A stretch of DNA of 64,000 nucleotides, from positions 1,600,001 to 1,664,000 of the forward strand of contig OZ242326.1 of assembly GCA_965208325.1 (NCBI GenBank), read 5' to 3'. Under the pieces are notes generated by a model. The model saw only the letters and a list, made by a program, of their open reading frames with translations, made no database searches and was not told the origin of the DNA. The stretch is from Candidatus Poribacteria bacterium. GTDB lineage: Bacteria; Poribacteria; WGA-4E; PCPOR2b. Below, one piece after another: positions 39,612 to 50,338 of the stretch. Position 1 is the stretch's first letter, and every line of letters begins with the position of its first letter. The translations under genes and the position numbers were made by a program.

Positions 39612-39883
39612 TAAGAAATTCAAGGCTTACACCGTTGAGCACTCAGTGTCCCGCAGCGAGATGGTTCACCGCACGCGATTAACTCCTGAACTTAAAAGGG
39701 CTTAGTCAACGGCCGAAGATCTTATGTTGTTAATTCAGGCGAGTCGGTTTCTCCACCCATGACGCACACTAGTCTTCTTGTTTCCACCCCTCCCTTGTGG
39801 TATAATGTCCCAATTAAAGCACGAACCGGCTTACTTGACATCATAACCGTAAACAGCAGCATTAAATAGAGAAGGAGTTTCAT

Positions 39884-40903
39884 ATGGAGTATCGTAGTCT
39901 TGGAAGAACAGGAACCAAGGTGAGCATGTTATGCTTGGGCTGTTTGATGTTTGGCCGTCGAACCGAGGAACCCGAAGCCATGGACATGGTAAATGTGGCA
40001 ATTGACGCCGGGATTAACTTTTTTGACACGGCAAATATGTACAGCCGCGGCGTCAGTGAAGAAATGGTCGGCACAGCGTTGAAGCGCAACGGTAAACGGT
40101 CACGAATCGTGCTCGCTACCAAGGTCCACTTCCCTATGGACGACGAAGATCCCAATGCACGGGGCAACAGCCGCCGACACATCATAGAGCAGTGCGAGTC
40201 GTCACTGAGGCGGTTACAAACTGACTACATCGATTTGTACCAAATCCATCGTCCATGTCCCGATATCCCGATTGATGAGACGCTTCGCGCGTTGGACGAT
40301 TTGATTCGTGCCGGCAAGGTGCGTTACATCGGGTGCAGCACTTTTGCAGCTTGGCAGGTAGTTGAATCGTTGTGGGTTTCAGAAGAGCTAAGACTGAATC
40401 GTTTCATCTGTGAACAGCCGCCGTATCATCTCTTGGATCGAAGCATTGAGCGGGAATTGGTCCCAATGGCGCAAACGTATGGGCTGGCAATGATTCCCTG
40501 GGCGCCGCTAGCGGGTGGATTTCTAACGGGGAAATACCGTCGAGACCAGCCGCCTCCGGCGAACTCCAGGTATCGCGACGATAACAGTTTTGCGTTGTTA
40601 TCTTCGGACGCTGCCTTTAACGTACTAGATGTCGTCTCAGCGATAGCCGCGGAGAAGGGTTGTACGCCCAGTCAGGTTGCCCTGGCTTGGTGCGCACAAC
40701 AGCCAGGCATTACCAGCCCGATTATCGGTCCCCGATCAATGGAACAACTGCAGGACAATCTCGAAGCCGTCTCCGTGTCGGTGACTGATGCAGATCGGGC
40801 TCGCCTCGATAAGGTTGCCCCTCCCGGGCGGTCGACATCCTATGGGACGGTGATTTCCTACGAGTATCATCAATCCGGTTTTGGCCCCCACACCTACCGG
40901 TAA
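39884..40903 (+). CDS. Aldo/keto reductase
   Basis: DTANMY, LATKV, SLRRLQTDYIDLYQIH, GKVRYIG motifs. Confidence 0.95.
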   Translation: MEYRSLGRTGTKVSMLCLGCLMFGRRTEEPEAMDMVNVAIDAGINFFDTANMYSRGVSEEMVGTALKRNGKRSRIVLATKVHFPMDDEDPNARGNSRRHIIEQCESSLRRLQTDYIDLYQIHRPCPDIPIDETLRALDDLIRAGKVRYIGCSTFAAWQVVESLWVSEELRLNRFICEQPPYHLLDRSIERELVPMAQTYGLAMIPWAPLAGGFLTGKYRRDQPPPANSRYRDDNSFALLSSDAAFNVLDVVSAIAAEKGCTPSQVALAWCAQQPGITSPIIGPRSMEQLQDNLEAVSVSVTDADRARLDKVAPPGRSTSYGTVISYEYHQSGFGPHTYR

Positions 40904-40941
40904 TTAGAAGGGTGCCCTAGCAGATAGAGAAAGCGAGGAAC

Positions 40942-41949
40942 ATGCAAATGGAGTACCGCAGCCTTGGACGTACAGGCACGAAGGTAAGCGCTCTGTGTCT
41001 TGGAAGCGTGACATTTGGGGATCGAACGAGCGAATCCGACGCCATGGATATCATCGATCGGGGAGTTGACGCGGGAATCAATTTTTTGGATACAGCCAAT
41101 GTCTACAATCGCGGCCGGAGTGAAGAAGTCATCGGCAAAGCGCTCGAGCGCAATGGGAAACGTCCTCACATCGTGTTAGCGACCAAAGTGCACAGCCGCA
41201 TGAACGACATCGACCCCAACGCAGCGGGGAATCACCGCCGACATATCATCGAGCAGTGCGAGGCGTCACTGAGACGTTTGCAGACGGATTACATTGACCT
41301 ATACCAAATCCATCGTCCTACATCAGACGTGCCAATTGACGAAACACTCGGCGCGCTAGATGACCTCATCCGAAGTGGAAAGGTACGCTACATCGGTACG
41401 AGTACGTACGGGGCTTGGCAAGTTATGGAATCGCTGTGGACTTCGAAAGCGCTGGGGTTGAATCGCTTTGTAAGTGAGCAACCGCCATATCACCTGTTGG
41501 ATCGACGTATTGAGCTTGAGTTAGTCCCCATGGCGCAGACGTATGGGCTTGCGTTGATTCCGTGGTCGCCGTTGGCTGGTGGTTTCTTAACAGGCAAATA
41601 CAACCGTGACGGCTCACGCCCCGCAAGCGCCCGTTTCCAACCGGAAAATGAAGACCGTGACCTATTTTCGGACGCTGCGTTCGATGTCTTGGATGTTGTG
41701 TCAAATATCGCTAAAGAGAAGAATTGTACACCGAGCCAGTTTGCACTAGCATGGTGTGCCCAACAACCTGGCATTACCAGTCCAATAATTGGCCCAAGAA
41801 CAATGGCTCAGCTAGAAGACAACTTGGGTGCAATACACCTGCGGGTGACTGATGAGGATAGGGCGAGCCTTGATGAAAAAATCCCGCCCAATCAATGCAT
41901 TGCCTCCTACTATGAGGCAGATTTCGGCCCGCATGCGTTTCGACGGTAA
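40942..41949 (+). CDS. Aldo/keto reductase (tandem paralogue)
   Basis: Same motifs; closely similar to 39884..40903. Confidence 0.95.
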   Translation: MQMEYRSLGRTGTKVSALCLGSVTFGDRTSESDAMDIIDRGVDAGINFLDTANVYNRGRSEEVIGKALERNGKRPHIVLATKVHSRMNDIDPNAAGNHRRHIIEQCEASLRRLQTDYIDLYQIHRPTSDVPIDETLGALDDLIRSGKVRYIGTSTYGAWQVMESLWTSKALGLNRFVSEQPPYHLLDRRIELELVPMAQTYGLALIPWSPLAGGFLTGKYNRDGSRPASARFQPENEDRDLFSDAAFDVLDVVSNIAKEKNCTPSQFALAWCAQQPGITSPIIGPRTMAQLEDNLGAIHLRVTDEDRASLDEKIPPNQCIASYYEADFGPHAFRR

Positions 41950-42049
41950 TGCCCTTTTCGGTCACATCATTGGTAGAATTTATTTTCAAAGGCAAAGGTA
42001 ACCTAGACCCGTCACAATTCTCGCGTTCCTAGCGTGTTTTTTTCCCCGC

Positions 42050-42290
42050 TAACTCCCCCTTATCAAGGGGGAGGATTGGGATTATTATTGCGCAGCCCCT
42101 AACCGTAGGGCGGGGTTCCCCCGCCCATTGATTTACTCCGGACAGGTAACGCACAACGCTACTGATTTGATTCGAAACAGAAGGTTGGGAGCCCCTACCC
42201 CTACGAAATGTCATGGTACGGCGCACTGTCCTTAAATTGATATTTTACTCATCTCTGTGGAAGCGTCCTCCCGGACGCGATAATCTCCGA
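42050..42290. repeat. REP-like repeat cluster
   Basis: CTCCCCCTTATCAAGGGGGAG; GTAGGGCGGGGTTCCCCCGCCC paired with GGGAGCCCCTACCCCTAC. Confidence 0.65.
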
Positions 42291-42418
42291 ATTCCGAGGC
42301 AACGACGCTTTTTCCGCCGGTGGAATTTATGCAAACACAAAAAGACAAAACTCGGCATGACAGGTCTACACAAAATCTTGGCGAGCCACCCTAAAGAACT
42401 AGCACCAAGGGCTAATGA

Positions 42419-43060
42419 ATGGGAATGATATTAGAGCGTTTAGTTGTAAGTCCTTTCGAATCTAACTGCTGGATACTTGGTTGTGAAAAAACACGCGAGG
42501 GCGTTTTCATAGACCCGGGAGACGACGCGGAGCGTATCCTAGAGGTCGTGAATCGGCACAGCCTATCGCTGAAATACGCTATCCAGACGCATGCTCATCT
42601 AGATCATATCTCTGCAACGGCCGCTATTCAAGTTGAGACCGGCGCCGAAGTACTAATCCACGAAGCGGAGCAACTCCTCTTGGATAATCTATCGGCGCAA
42701 GCGTCGCTGTTTGGGCTACCCGCACCAGCCGCCCCTACGGTAAATGGGTACATCAGGGAAGGGGATAAAATCTCTTTCGCGGGATACACCTTATCCGTCA
42801 TTGAAACTCCCGGCCACAGTCCGGGCGGTGTCTCCCTAAAATTGGAAGGCTCGGAAAAACTGCTTTTCACCGGCGATGCGCTTTTTCAAGGAAGTATAGG
42901 CCGCACGGATTTGATGGGCGGTTCTTATTCCCAATTGATTGATTCCATCCGGGAAAAACTGTTTCCGCTTGATGACGACACGGTAATCCACCCAGGCCAC
43001 GGAGAAAGTTCCACGTTGGGCGCGGAGAAGCGTTTCAATCCGTTTTTGCGAGAATTGTAG
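42419..43060 (+). CDS. MBL-fold metallo-hydrolase (glyoxalase II-like)
   Basis: THAHLDH, TPGHSPG, TGDALF.GSIGRTDL, PGHG motifs. Confidence 0.93.
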   Translation: MGMILERLVVSPFESNCWILGCEKTREGVFIDPGDDAERILEVVNRHSLSLKYAIQTHAHLDHISATAAIQVETGAEVLIHEAEQLLLDNLSAQASLFGLPAPAAPTVNGYIREGDKISFAGYTLSVIETPGHSPGGVSLKLEGSEKLLFTGDALFQGSIGRTDLMGGSYSQLIDSIREKLFPLDDDTVIHPGHGESSTLGAEKRFNPFLREL

Positions 43061-43230
43061 CGGCTCGAACATCCGCGTACTTCTATGCCGATTGCCCTTT
43101 GGTGTCTGGTCGTAAGCGCAAACGGTACGCTTTTCCTGAACACACATATCTAGGCAAAATTTCTGGCATTATTCAGAATTCCCGCGCATTTAAGCAGTGG
43201 ATTCAGAAAACACGGTCTGAGGTACAATCC

Positions 43231-44664
43231 ATGAATTTCCTGTTTCGCCAATTTTGCATACGATTGGCGCGAAAATTCTATTCCCGCACGCTCGTAGCGA
43301 TTTTGTTCATTACGTGGGCGGGTGCGCAGAACGCAGCCGCGGCGTGGATAAAGGATTTGAACCAAAATACGCCGGTCTGTACGGCGAAGAACGACCAATA
43401 CTTTCCCAATCTCACGTCCGATGGCGCAGGGGGCGTCATCGTTGTATGGCAGGATACGAGACATGGTAATCAAGATGTGTTTGCCCAACGTGTCAGCGCC
43501 GAGGGCGAAATGCTCTGGATGGAAAACGGAGTCGCGATTTGCGGCTTGCCGAGCCACCAAAGCTGGCCCCTTATCATCACCGACCAAACCGGTGGCGCAA
43601 TAATTATCTTCAGGGATTCGCGGCACGGCAACCAAGACGTTTACGCCCAGCGAATTAGCGCTGATGGACAGCTGCTTTGGGATGAAGGCGGTGTGCCGGT
43701 CTGTGTAGATCGGTCGTTTCAAGATGATGTCGACGCCATTCCCAACGGCAGCGGCGGCGCAATTATCGTATGGGAGGATTGGCGGCATGGAAACCAGGAT
43801 ATCTATGCGCAGTGTATTGACGGGAACGGAAAATCCGTTTGGACGCAGAACGGTGTTCCCGTTAATCGGAGCGAGGGGCATCAATATGACTGCGTCTTAA
43901 CAGCGGATGGCAGCGGGGGCGCAATTTTTGCCTGGTGGAATCTTACACCTGATTGGAACGTCTTCGCGCAGCGTCTCAATGCGAAAGGCGAAACGGTTTG
44001 GGATGCTGAAGGTATTCCCGTGTGTGTTGCGCCGGGGAATCAGGGGGCACCTCTCATTGTTGCCGATAACGAAGGAGGCGCCTTTTTTGTTTGGTCCGAC
44101 TACCGAAACGCGCCGAGTCCATTCTCCATCAGTGCCGATCTATTCGCCCAGCGCATCAATGCGGAGGGCAACGTCCTTTGGGAAACGGACGGAATCAGCG
44201 TTTGCAATCAGCCGTCAAATCAACAGCAGCCTGCGGGTGTAAGCGATGGTGCGGGAGGCTTGATTGTTGCCTGGTGGGATGAGCGCGACATTTTTTCCGA
44301 CATTTATGCGCAGCGCGTCAGTCCTGAAGGCGTGATGATGTGGGAGATGAACGGCATTCCTGTGTGTGCGGCGGGCGGTGAGCAGCGTAACCCGGGGTGC
44401 GTCCCCGATGGCTCACAAGGAGCCGTTGTCTACTGGCTGGATTATCGCGAGGATTTCGGAAACACCACAGCGGACGCAATCTACGCCCAACGGATTGACC
44501 CAAACGGCAAATCCCTATGGCCGCTCAACGGCATTCCAATCTGTACGGCTGATGGGAATCAAATTACGCCGCAAGCCAGCCCCGACGGTCAAGGCGGTGC
44601 TTTCATCATTTGGAGCGACGGCCGAACCGACGAACCAGATATTTACATCCATCGCGCACCGTAA
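43231..44664 (+). CDS. Secreted repeat protein (probable 7-bladed beta-propeller)
   Basis: About 7 repeats of DG.GGA...W.D.R....D.YAQR....G..LW...G..VC after a signal peptide. Confidence 0.8.
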   Translation: MNFLFRQFCIRLARKFYSRTLVAILFITWAGAQNAAAAWIKDLNQNTPVCTAKNDQYFPNLTSDGAGGVIVVWQDTRHGNQDVFAQRVSAEGEMLWMENGVAICGLPSHQSWPLIITDQTGGAIIIFRDSRHGNQDVYAQRISADGQLLWDEGGVPVCVDRSFQDDVDAIPNGSGGAIIVWEDWRHGNQDIYAQCIDGNGKSVWTQNGVPVNRSEGHQYDCVLTADGSGGAIFAWWNLTPDWNVFAQRLNAKGETVWDAEGIPVCVAPGNQGAPLIVADNEGGAFFVWSDYRNAPSPFSISADLFAQRINAEGNVLWETDGISVCNQPSNQQQPAGVSDGAGGLIVAWWDERDIFSDIYAQRVSPEGVMMWEMNGIPVCAAGGEQRNPGCVPDGSQGAVVYWLDYREDFGNTTADAIYAQRIDPNGKSLWPLNGIPICTADGNQITPQASPDGQGGAFIIWSDGRTDEPDIYIHRAP

Positions 44665-44755
44665 GCACAATGTGTGTCGAAAACCGCTGACCAAGAACAC
44701 CCAAATTTGACGAGAATTACGGTGCAGTTTGCTTGGAATTCAAGATTGGCGGCGT

Positions 44756-45460
44756 ATGGTATCTGATATAGAACTGATGAAAATACGGGTTGAGGTGCTA
44801 TTCACGCTGAATAAGAATAGGCGTATGCTGGGTATCAACCAACTAGGCAGTGATGTAGGACCTGCACCACGTTTCTTCATTGGATACACCAACCAAGGTT
44901 CAATCTGCAGATTCCGGTTTGACCTCCCCGAAAATGTGGTTGCCCAGTTAAAGGAGGTTGCCGCTGCAGAACCGGCGCCTATGGATTCGCGGGCATTTCC
45001 AAGTCGCCGCAACCAATTCGTGGACATCCTTCAAAGTCATGCGCCGATTGAACGTATATGGTTAGGCCCCGCCTACCGCTTTCCCAAACACATTTCACCC
45101 CCGCCAAACGTTGTTCGGTTATCACCTGAGAACGTTGGACTTCTGAAGGGTGACTTCGCGATGCTAGCGCCGGAGATTGATTATGGGCGGCTCTGTTTTG
45201 CAGTCATTGAGGACTCGCAAGCGGTGTCGATTTGCCGAAGCGTCCGCATTTCATCAAAAGCGCATGAAGCAGGGATTGATACACTGGAGGCTTATCGCCG
45301 ATGTGGGTATGCAGCTGCTACTGTTGCCGCGTGGGCGCTTGCCGTTCGCTCCAAAAACCTCATCCCGCTCTACAGCACCTCATGGAACAATGCGGCGTCG
45401 CTGAGGTTAGCACAACGATTAGGTTTAGTGCAATATGGTGTGGACTATCATTTGACGTGA
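44756..45460 (+). CDS. GNAT family N-acetyltransferase
   Basis: EAGIDT..AYRRCGYA, YSTSWNN.AS..LA.RLG motifs. Confidence 0.88.
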   Translation: MVSDIELMKIRVEVLFTLNKNRRMLGINQLGSDVGPAPRFFIGYTNQGSICRFRFDLPENVVAQLKEVAAAEPAPMDSRAFPSRRNQFVDILQSHAPIERIWLGPAYRFPKHISPPPNVVRLSPENVGLLKGDFAMLAPEIDYGRLCFAVIEDSQAVSICRSVRISSKAHEAGIDTLEAYRRCGYAAATVAAWALAVRSKNLIPLYSTSWNNAASLRLAQRLGLVQYGVDYHLT

Positions 45461-45870
45461 TAGCTGCAAGAATTGGACTTCCGTGGCATAACCTACTGCC
45501 GCACAACAAGCACCTGAAGCACAACATATTTGTGCTCAGACGAGGGAAAACATCTCGTTTTTTTTCAACACACCGATAGTGATGTTAAATCGGATTCTTG
45601 TTGATTCGTTACAGTAACTATGCTACACTTGGATATATATGATGCAATAGCAAGGAGCATTCTGTAGAAAAAATAAATTTGCAATTTTACGCCGAGAATT
45701 TGATTTAATAAAGGCTTGCAGGATAAAATCTCCAATCGGCGGCGACATTCAGTGATGAATGATAGGACGAAGATGCGATTGAAGCACGTGTGAAGAACTG
45801 TCAATTGAATGATAGAAAAAAGACTATTGACATACAGCGATATCTTATTGGTTTCCGGGCAAAACTAATT

Positions 45871-46788
45871 ATGAGGTTTACTGGACACGAAACCTTCCCT
45901 TGTCGATATACTTGGCTCCCTAAGGCAGTTGCCGCTTTAAACAAAAATCGCCATTTGTTTAGGGATATAGACGAAGCGATAGTTGCGCTGGGCGTTGGCA
46001 AGCAAATGGCTCAAGCGATAAGATTTTGGGTTGAAGCTGCAAAGGTTGTCGAAAGAAAAGAAAAAGGGGATTTCAAAGTCACTTGGTTGGGTGAAAAATT
46101 GTTGGGCGAAGGCGGATATGATTCATATCTGGAGAACATCCAAACGCTTTGGCTCATTCATTGGAATTTTTCGACTCACCCTGACAACCCCATTTTCGCT
46201 TGGGATTTTCTTATGAATCAGTGGCAAGAACCCGAGATTGCTCCATCGATCGTAGTGAAGGCTTTCGAAAATAAGGCGAATGCTCAAGACCGAAAACTGT
46301 CTCCGGCCACACTCAAACAGCACTTCAAAATTTTTCTTCATACTTACGTACCAACGCGGGGAAAAAAAGGGGACATACTCGAAGATAACCTCGATTGCCC
46401 TTTGACTGAACTGAATTTGATTCAACGGATTGGAGATAGGGTTTTAGACGGGGAAGATGGAAAGCGGGAACCGGTCTACACCTTCAACCGTGACCCCAAA
46501 CCGAAAATAAGCCAGAAGCTATTTGCCTTTTGCTTAAACGACTTTTGGGAAACTTATCACCCCACAGATCAGACATTGTCATTCCGTGAAGTCGCGTCTG
46601 GACATGGCAGCCCAGGTCAAATCTTCAAGTTGCCAGAACGAGAAATTCGGGGCCGTCTAGGAGCGATTGAAGATTTTACGGACGGCGCGATAGTCTTTCA
46701 TGAATCGGTAAACTTGAGGCAGATTCAAAAACAGGAAGACATTGACAGGGAAGATTTATTGGATGCTATTTATTTGCAAAGGGATTAG
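45871..46788 (+). CDS. sspB: DUF4007 family protein (SspB-like)
   Basis: FTGHETF.CRY.WL.K, LGVGK.M..AIRFW, EDNLDCPL.EL.LI, SPGQIFKL motifs; first gene of the operon. Confidence 0.85.
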   Translation: MRFTGHETFPCRYTWLPKAVAALNKNRHLFRDIDEAIVALGVGKQMAQAIRFWVEAAKVVERKEKGDFKVTWLGEKLLGEGGYDSYLENIQTLWLIHWNFSTHPDNPIFAWDFLMNQWQEPEIAPSIVVKAFENKANAQDRKLSPATLKQHFKIFLHTYVPTRGKKGDILEDNLDCPLTELNLIQRIGDRVLDGEDGKREPVYTFNRDPKPKISQKLFAFCLNDFWETYHPTDQTLSFREVASGHGSPGQIFKLPEREIRGRLGAIEDFTDGAIVFHESVNLRQIQKQEDIDREDLLDAIYLQRD

Positions 46789-46791
46789 CAC

Positions 46792-49700
46792 GTGGACAAA
46801 ACCATAGCCCGCTTATTTCATATTAACCCCCGCTTCTTGCGTTCGACCCACCTTGAACGAGATTTTCCCGCCCCGGACGGTTGTACAGGATACATACCGA
46901 CGGATTTTTCCGTGTCCTGCCTTGAGCGTTTGGCTGAGGGGCTCATAGCAAATTCTACTCGGCGAGCATGGCGGTTAACCGGGGATTATGGCACCGGAAA
47001 ATCAAGTTTCGCTTTGTTCCTCGCTCACCTGTTTTCAGGTCATCAGAATGGGCAACTTGAAAAGTTACGACAGTCTATTAACATAGAGGCGTTCTGCTTT
47101 GACAACCTGAATCTGATACCCATTCTGGTCACCGGAAGCCAATTGCCCTTGGGGACTGCTCTCCAGTCGGCATTGCGGGAATCCATTGCCACCACCGGCA
47201 CCAATGGTTCTAATGTGACACTTCCGCCTCGACTTCAAAACCTTGTGAAGAATTTAGATGGGGGTACACCGTCACATGTTGAACCCCGCTCGGATCGAAA
47301 CGAAATCCCGGGCATCAGGGACCAAGAGATTGTCGAAGGTCTGAGCCAGTTTGGTGAATTCATCAAATCGGAGTCTAAAGGATCGGGTGTTCTTCTTATC
47401 CTTGATGAGTTGGGTAAATTCCTTGAATTTGCGGCAATGTATCCTGAACGTCAGGACATTTATCTACTTCAGCAATTGGCAGAAGCGGCCTCACGCAGCG
47501 GTGACACACCGTTGTTCGTCTTAGGTCTATTACATCAAGGGTTCAGTGCCTATGCCGACCATCTGGATGGGACATCTAAGCAGGAGTGGGAAAAGGTGGC
47601 GGGGAGGTTTGAAGAGATTCTTTTCAATCAACCGCTCGATCAGGCAGTCCCGCTGCTGTCATCTGCTTTGGGGATTCAAATGTCAGACGTTCCCGAACAG
47701 TACCAAATACAGGCAAGAACTCAAATGGAATGTGCCCTTGAGCAGGGATGGTATGGTCCTGTACCACTACGCAAAGAATTGCGGAATAAAGCGGTGCAGT
47801 TATTTCCGCTGGATCCGTTAGCTGTACCTATTATCGTGCGTACCATGCACCGCTTTGGACAGAATGACAGGTCGCTGTTTAGTTTTCTTCAATCCTCGGA
47901 GCCATTCGGCCTACAAGCCTATGCTTCACAACATTCCCTTGAAAATGCACTTCCTTACCGAATCGCCGACTTCTACGATTATGTCCGGGCGAATCTGAGC
48001 CATTCGCTCAATCTGAGCAGCACACAGACCCATTGGAGTGTGGTTGATTCCATCGTTTCTAGTCACATATCCAGCGACCGTTTGGAAATGGAGGTGCTGA
48101 AAACGGTTGGGATGTTGAATCTACTGAACGCCAATGACTTACTTCCAATAGAGTCGATTGTCTTACAAGCGGTGGCGGGAATTCAGGAAGACTTGCGTAG
48201 AGGTGTCAGCCATGCAATAGACGCGCTGAAACATGAGAAACGCCTACTATACGACCGAGGCATTGCCGGAGGTTTATGTCTTTGGCCCCATACCAGTGTG
48301 GACTTGGATGCCGCGTACAAAAAGGCAGGGCGTGCAGTCGGGAGTATTCAGCGGGTCAGTGAGCTAATTAAAACCCATCTTGATCCGAGACCGATCGTTG
48401 CTCGCCGACACTACATACAAACCGGGAATTTGCGTCATTTTAAAATTCAGTATCTGTCGGAACCCGAATTTGCCGAATCCGTGCTTGAGTTTGCTGACGG
48501 TGTAGATGGAAAGATAATTATCGTGCTATGTGATTCACGTCAAGAACAGCGGCAGGCGGTACAGGTCGCTGAATCCATTAACCATCCACAAGTAATTATC
48601 GCCATCCCTGCCCCATTGCGAAGCGTTGCCGGCTATCTGAAGGACTTTCTGCGTTGGGAATGGGTCGGGAAAAACACGTTGGAACTCAATACCGATCCTT
48701 ACGCGAGTGAGGAGGTCGCACGTCAGCGGGATGCGGTCCGTATCCGTCTTGAAAAGCGAGTCGGCGACTTAAACGATCTGCGCGGATATTCAGGAGAAAT
48801 GAGGTTCAAGTGGTTTTCTGAAGGGAAACAGCTGTCGTTTTCTACAGGTCAACAACTCTTGAATCACCTTTCAGATCTTTGCGACAGGATTTTCGCCAAA
48901 GCCCCCACCATTCAAAACGAACTCATCAATAGACAAAACTTGAGCTCTGCGGCAGCCGGTGCACTGGGGCGTTTGATTGGAGCAATGTTTGAAAAGGAAT
49001 CTCAGGAGAACTTGGGAATGCAAGGACACAAACGACTACCTGAGATGTCATTGTACCTTTCGATTTTGCAGCCGGGAAATATCCATGTTGAAGGAAAAAA
49101 AACGTGGTATATTGAAAAGCCCCCTCCCGAGGCAGACCCGTGTCATATCCTACCGACACTGGGACAAATCGATGCACTGTTGAAGTCCAAGATTGATAAG
49201 AAGATTCCGATTCAAGAGTTATTTGCAGAACTTCGAAAACCGCCGTTTGGAATTCGAGACGGACTAATTCCTTTACTGCTAGCAATCTATATTGTCGCTC
49301 ACCGACAGGACATTGCGATTTTTGAAGACGGCACATTCTTGCGTGAGGTAAGGGGAGATGATTTCCTTCGCCTGACAAAAGCCCCCGAGTATTTTGAAAT
49401 TCAACATAGTGAAATCCAAGGGATTCGTGCCTCAGTTTTCGATCAACTCATCAAGGTACTTGGCATTCAGCGAACATCAGGAGAGCGGGATTCGCGAATC
49501 CTTGATGTTGTTCAACCCTTGTGTACCTTTGTTGTGGAACTGCCTGAATATGTCCATAACACGAAGAAACTCTCTCAAGAAGCCATTGCTGTCCGCAATT
49601 CGCTCATGTCGGCAGGCGAACCTGCCCCACTAATTTTCCGGGACTTGCCAATCGCCTGCGGTGATGCTCCGTTTGATGCAACCGAATCCATCGACGACAG

Positions 49701-50325
49701 TCGGGTGCAGGACTTTGCGGAAAGACTCAAAACCTATCTGGCTGAACTGCGGAACTCCTACACCGAGTTACTTGAACGTCTAAAATCTGCTATTTTTGAG
49801 GCATTTGAGGTGTCAGGTAGTTTTTCACAAGCACGCGGTTTGCTGTCAAGCCACGCCCAGGATTTACGAATTCATGTCAGCGAATCTCAACTCAAAGCTT
49901 TGTGTGGTCGCCTGAGTGACAGGACCTTGTCTGAAACGAAGTGGATTGAATCGGCTGCGAGTTTCGTTGCTTCAAAACCGCCATCCTATTGGGACGATGC
50001 CGACGAAGGCGTGTTCCAACATAAACTTTCAGACCTCGCAGAGCGCTTTAAGCATGTTGACAGTTTGTATTTCGGGACGGTAGATAGACCCGATGGGGGA
50101 GAAGGAGTTCGCCTCGCAATCACGTGTTCAGATGGCAATGAAAGAGCTGCGGTCATGTATCTCCGACCTGAAGAAGAAGACACATTGGAAAATATCCAAA
50201 AGCAGATTCGCACTATATTGAGAAGTCACAATCGTTTGGGATTAGTAGCTGTCGCTCGGGCGGTTTGGGAGGAAATCAAAGAAGGTACTGTCAGTTCAGA
50301 CCAACAAGGAGGCCAATTCAAGTAG
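46792..50325 (+). CDS. sspC: Large P-loop ATPase (SspC-like)
   Basis: GDYGTGKS, LILDELGKFLE, EWEKV.GRF, QNDRSLFSFL, PPFGIR.G motifs; between DUF4007 and PAPS reductase genes. Confidence 0.8.
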   Translation: MDKTIARLFHINPRFLRSTHLERDFPAPDGCTGYIPTDFSVSCLERLAEGLIANSTRRAWRLTGDYGTGKSSFALFLAHLFSGHQNGQLEKLRQSINIEAFCFDNLNLIPILVTGSQLPLGTALQSALRESIATTGTNGSNVTLPPRLQNLVKNLDGGTPSHVEPRSDRNEIPGIRDQEIVEGLSQFGEFIKSESKGSGVLLILDELGKFLEFAAMYPERQDIYLLQQLAEAASRSGDTPLFVLGLLHQGFSAYADHLDGTSKQEWEKVAGRFEEILFNQPLDQAVPLLSSALGIQMSDVPEQYQIQARTQMECALEQGWYGPVPLRKELRNKAVQLFPLDPLAVPIIVRTMHRFGQNDRSLFSFLQSSEPFGLQAYASQHSLENALPYRIADFYDYVRANLSHSLNLSSTQTHWSVVDSIVSSHISSDRLEMEVLKTVGMLNLLNANDLLPIESIVLQAVAGIQEDLRRGVSHAIDALKHEKRLLYDRGIAGGLCLWPHTSVDLDAAYKKAGRAVGSIQRVSELIKTHLDPRPIVARRHYIQTGNLRHFKIQYLSEPEFAESVLEFADGVDGKIIIVLCDSRQEQRQAVQVAESINHPQVIIAIPAPLRSVAGYLKDFLRWEWVGKNTLELNTDPYASEEVARQRDAVRIRLEKRVGDLNDLRGYSGEMRFKWFSEGKQLSFSTGQQLLNHLSDLCDRIFAKAPTIQNELINRQNLSSAAAGALGRLIGAMFEKESQENLGMQGHKRLPEMSLYLSILQPGNIHVEGKKTWYIEKPPPEADPCHILPTLGQIDALLKSKIDKKIPIQELFAELRKPPFGIRDGLIPLLLAIYIVAHRQDIAIFEDGTFLREVRGDDFLRLTKAPEYFEIQHSEIQGIRASVFDQLIKVLGIQRTSGERDSRILDVVQPLCTFVVELPEYVHNTKKLSQEAIAVRNSLMSAGEPAPLIFRDLPIACGDAPFDATESIDDSRVQDFAERLKTYLAELRNSYTELLERLKSAIFEAFEVSGSFSQARGLLSSHAQDLRIHVSESQLKALCGRLSDRTLSETKWIESAASFVASKPPSYWDDADEGVFQHKLSDLAERFKHVDSLYFGTVDRPDGGEGVRLAITCSDGNERAAVMYLRPEEEDTLENIQKQIRTILRSHNRLGLVAVARAVWEEIKEGTVSSDQQGGQFK

Positions 50326-50338
50326 TAGGGTGGAAACG

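Noticed and set aside
39632..39712. CCGTTGA...TCAACGG inverted repeat as an element or ncRNA
   Set aside because: Only 7 bp, no TSD, and no second copy seen.
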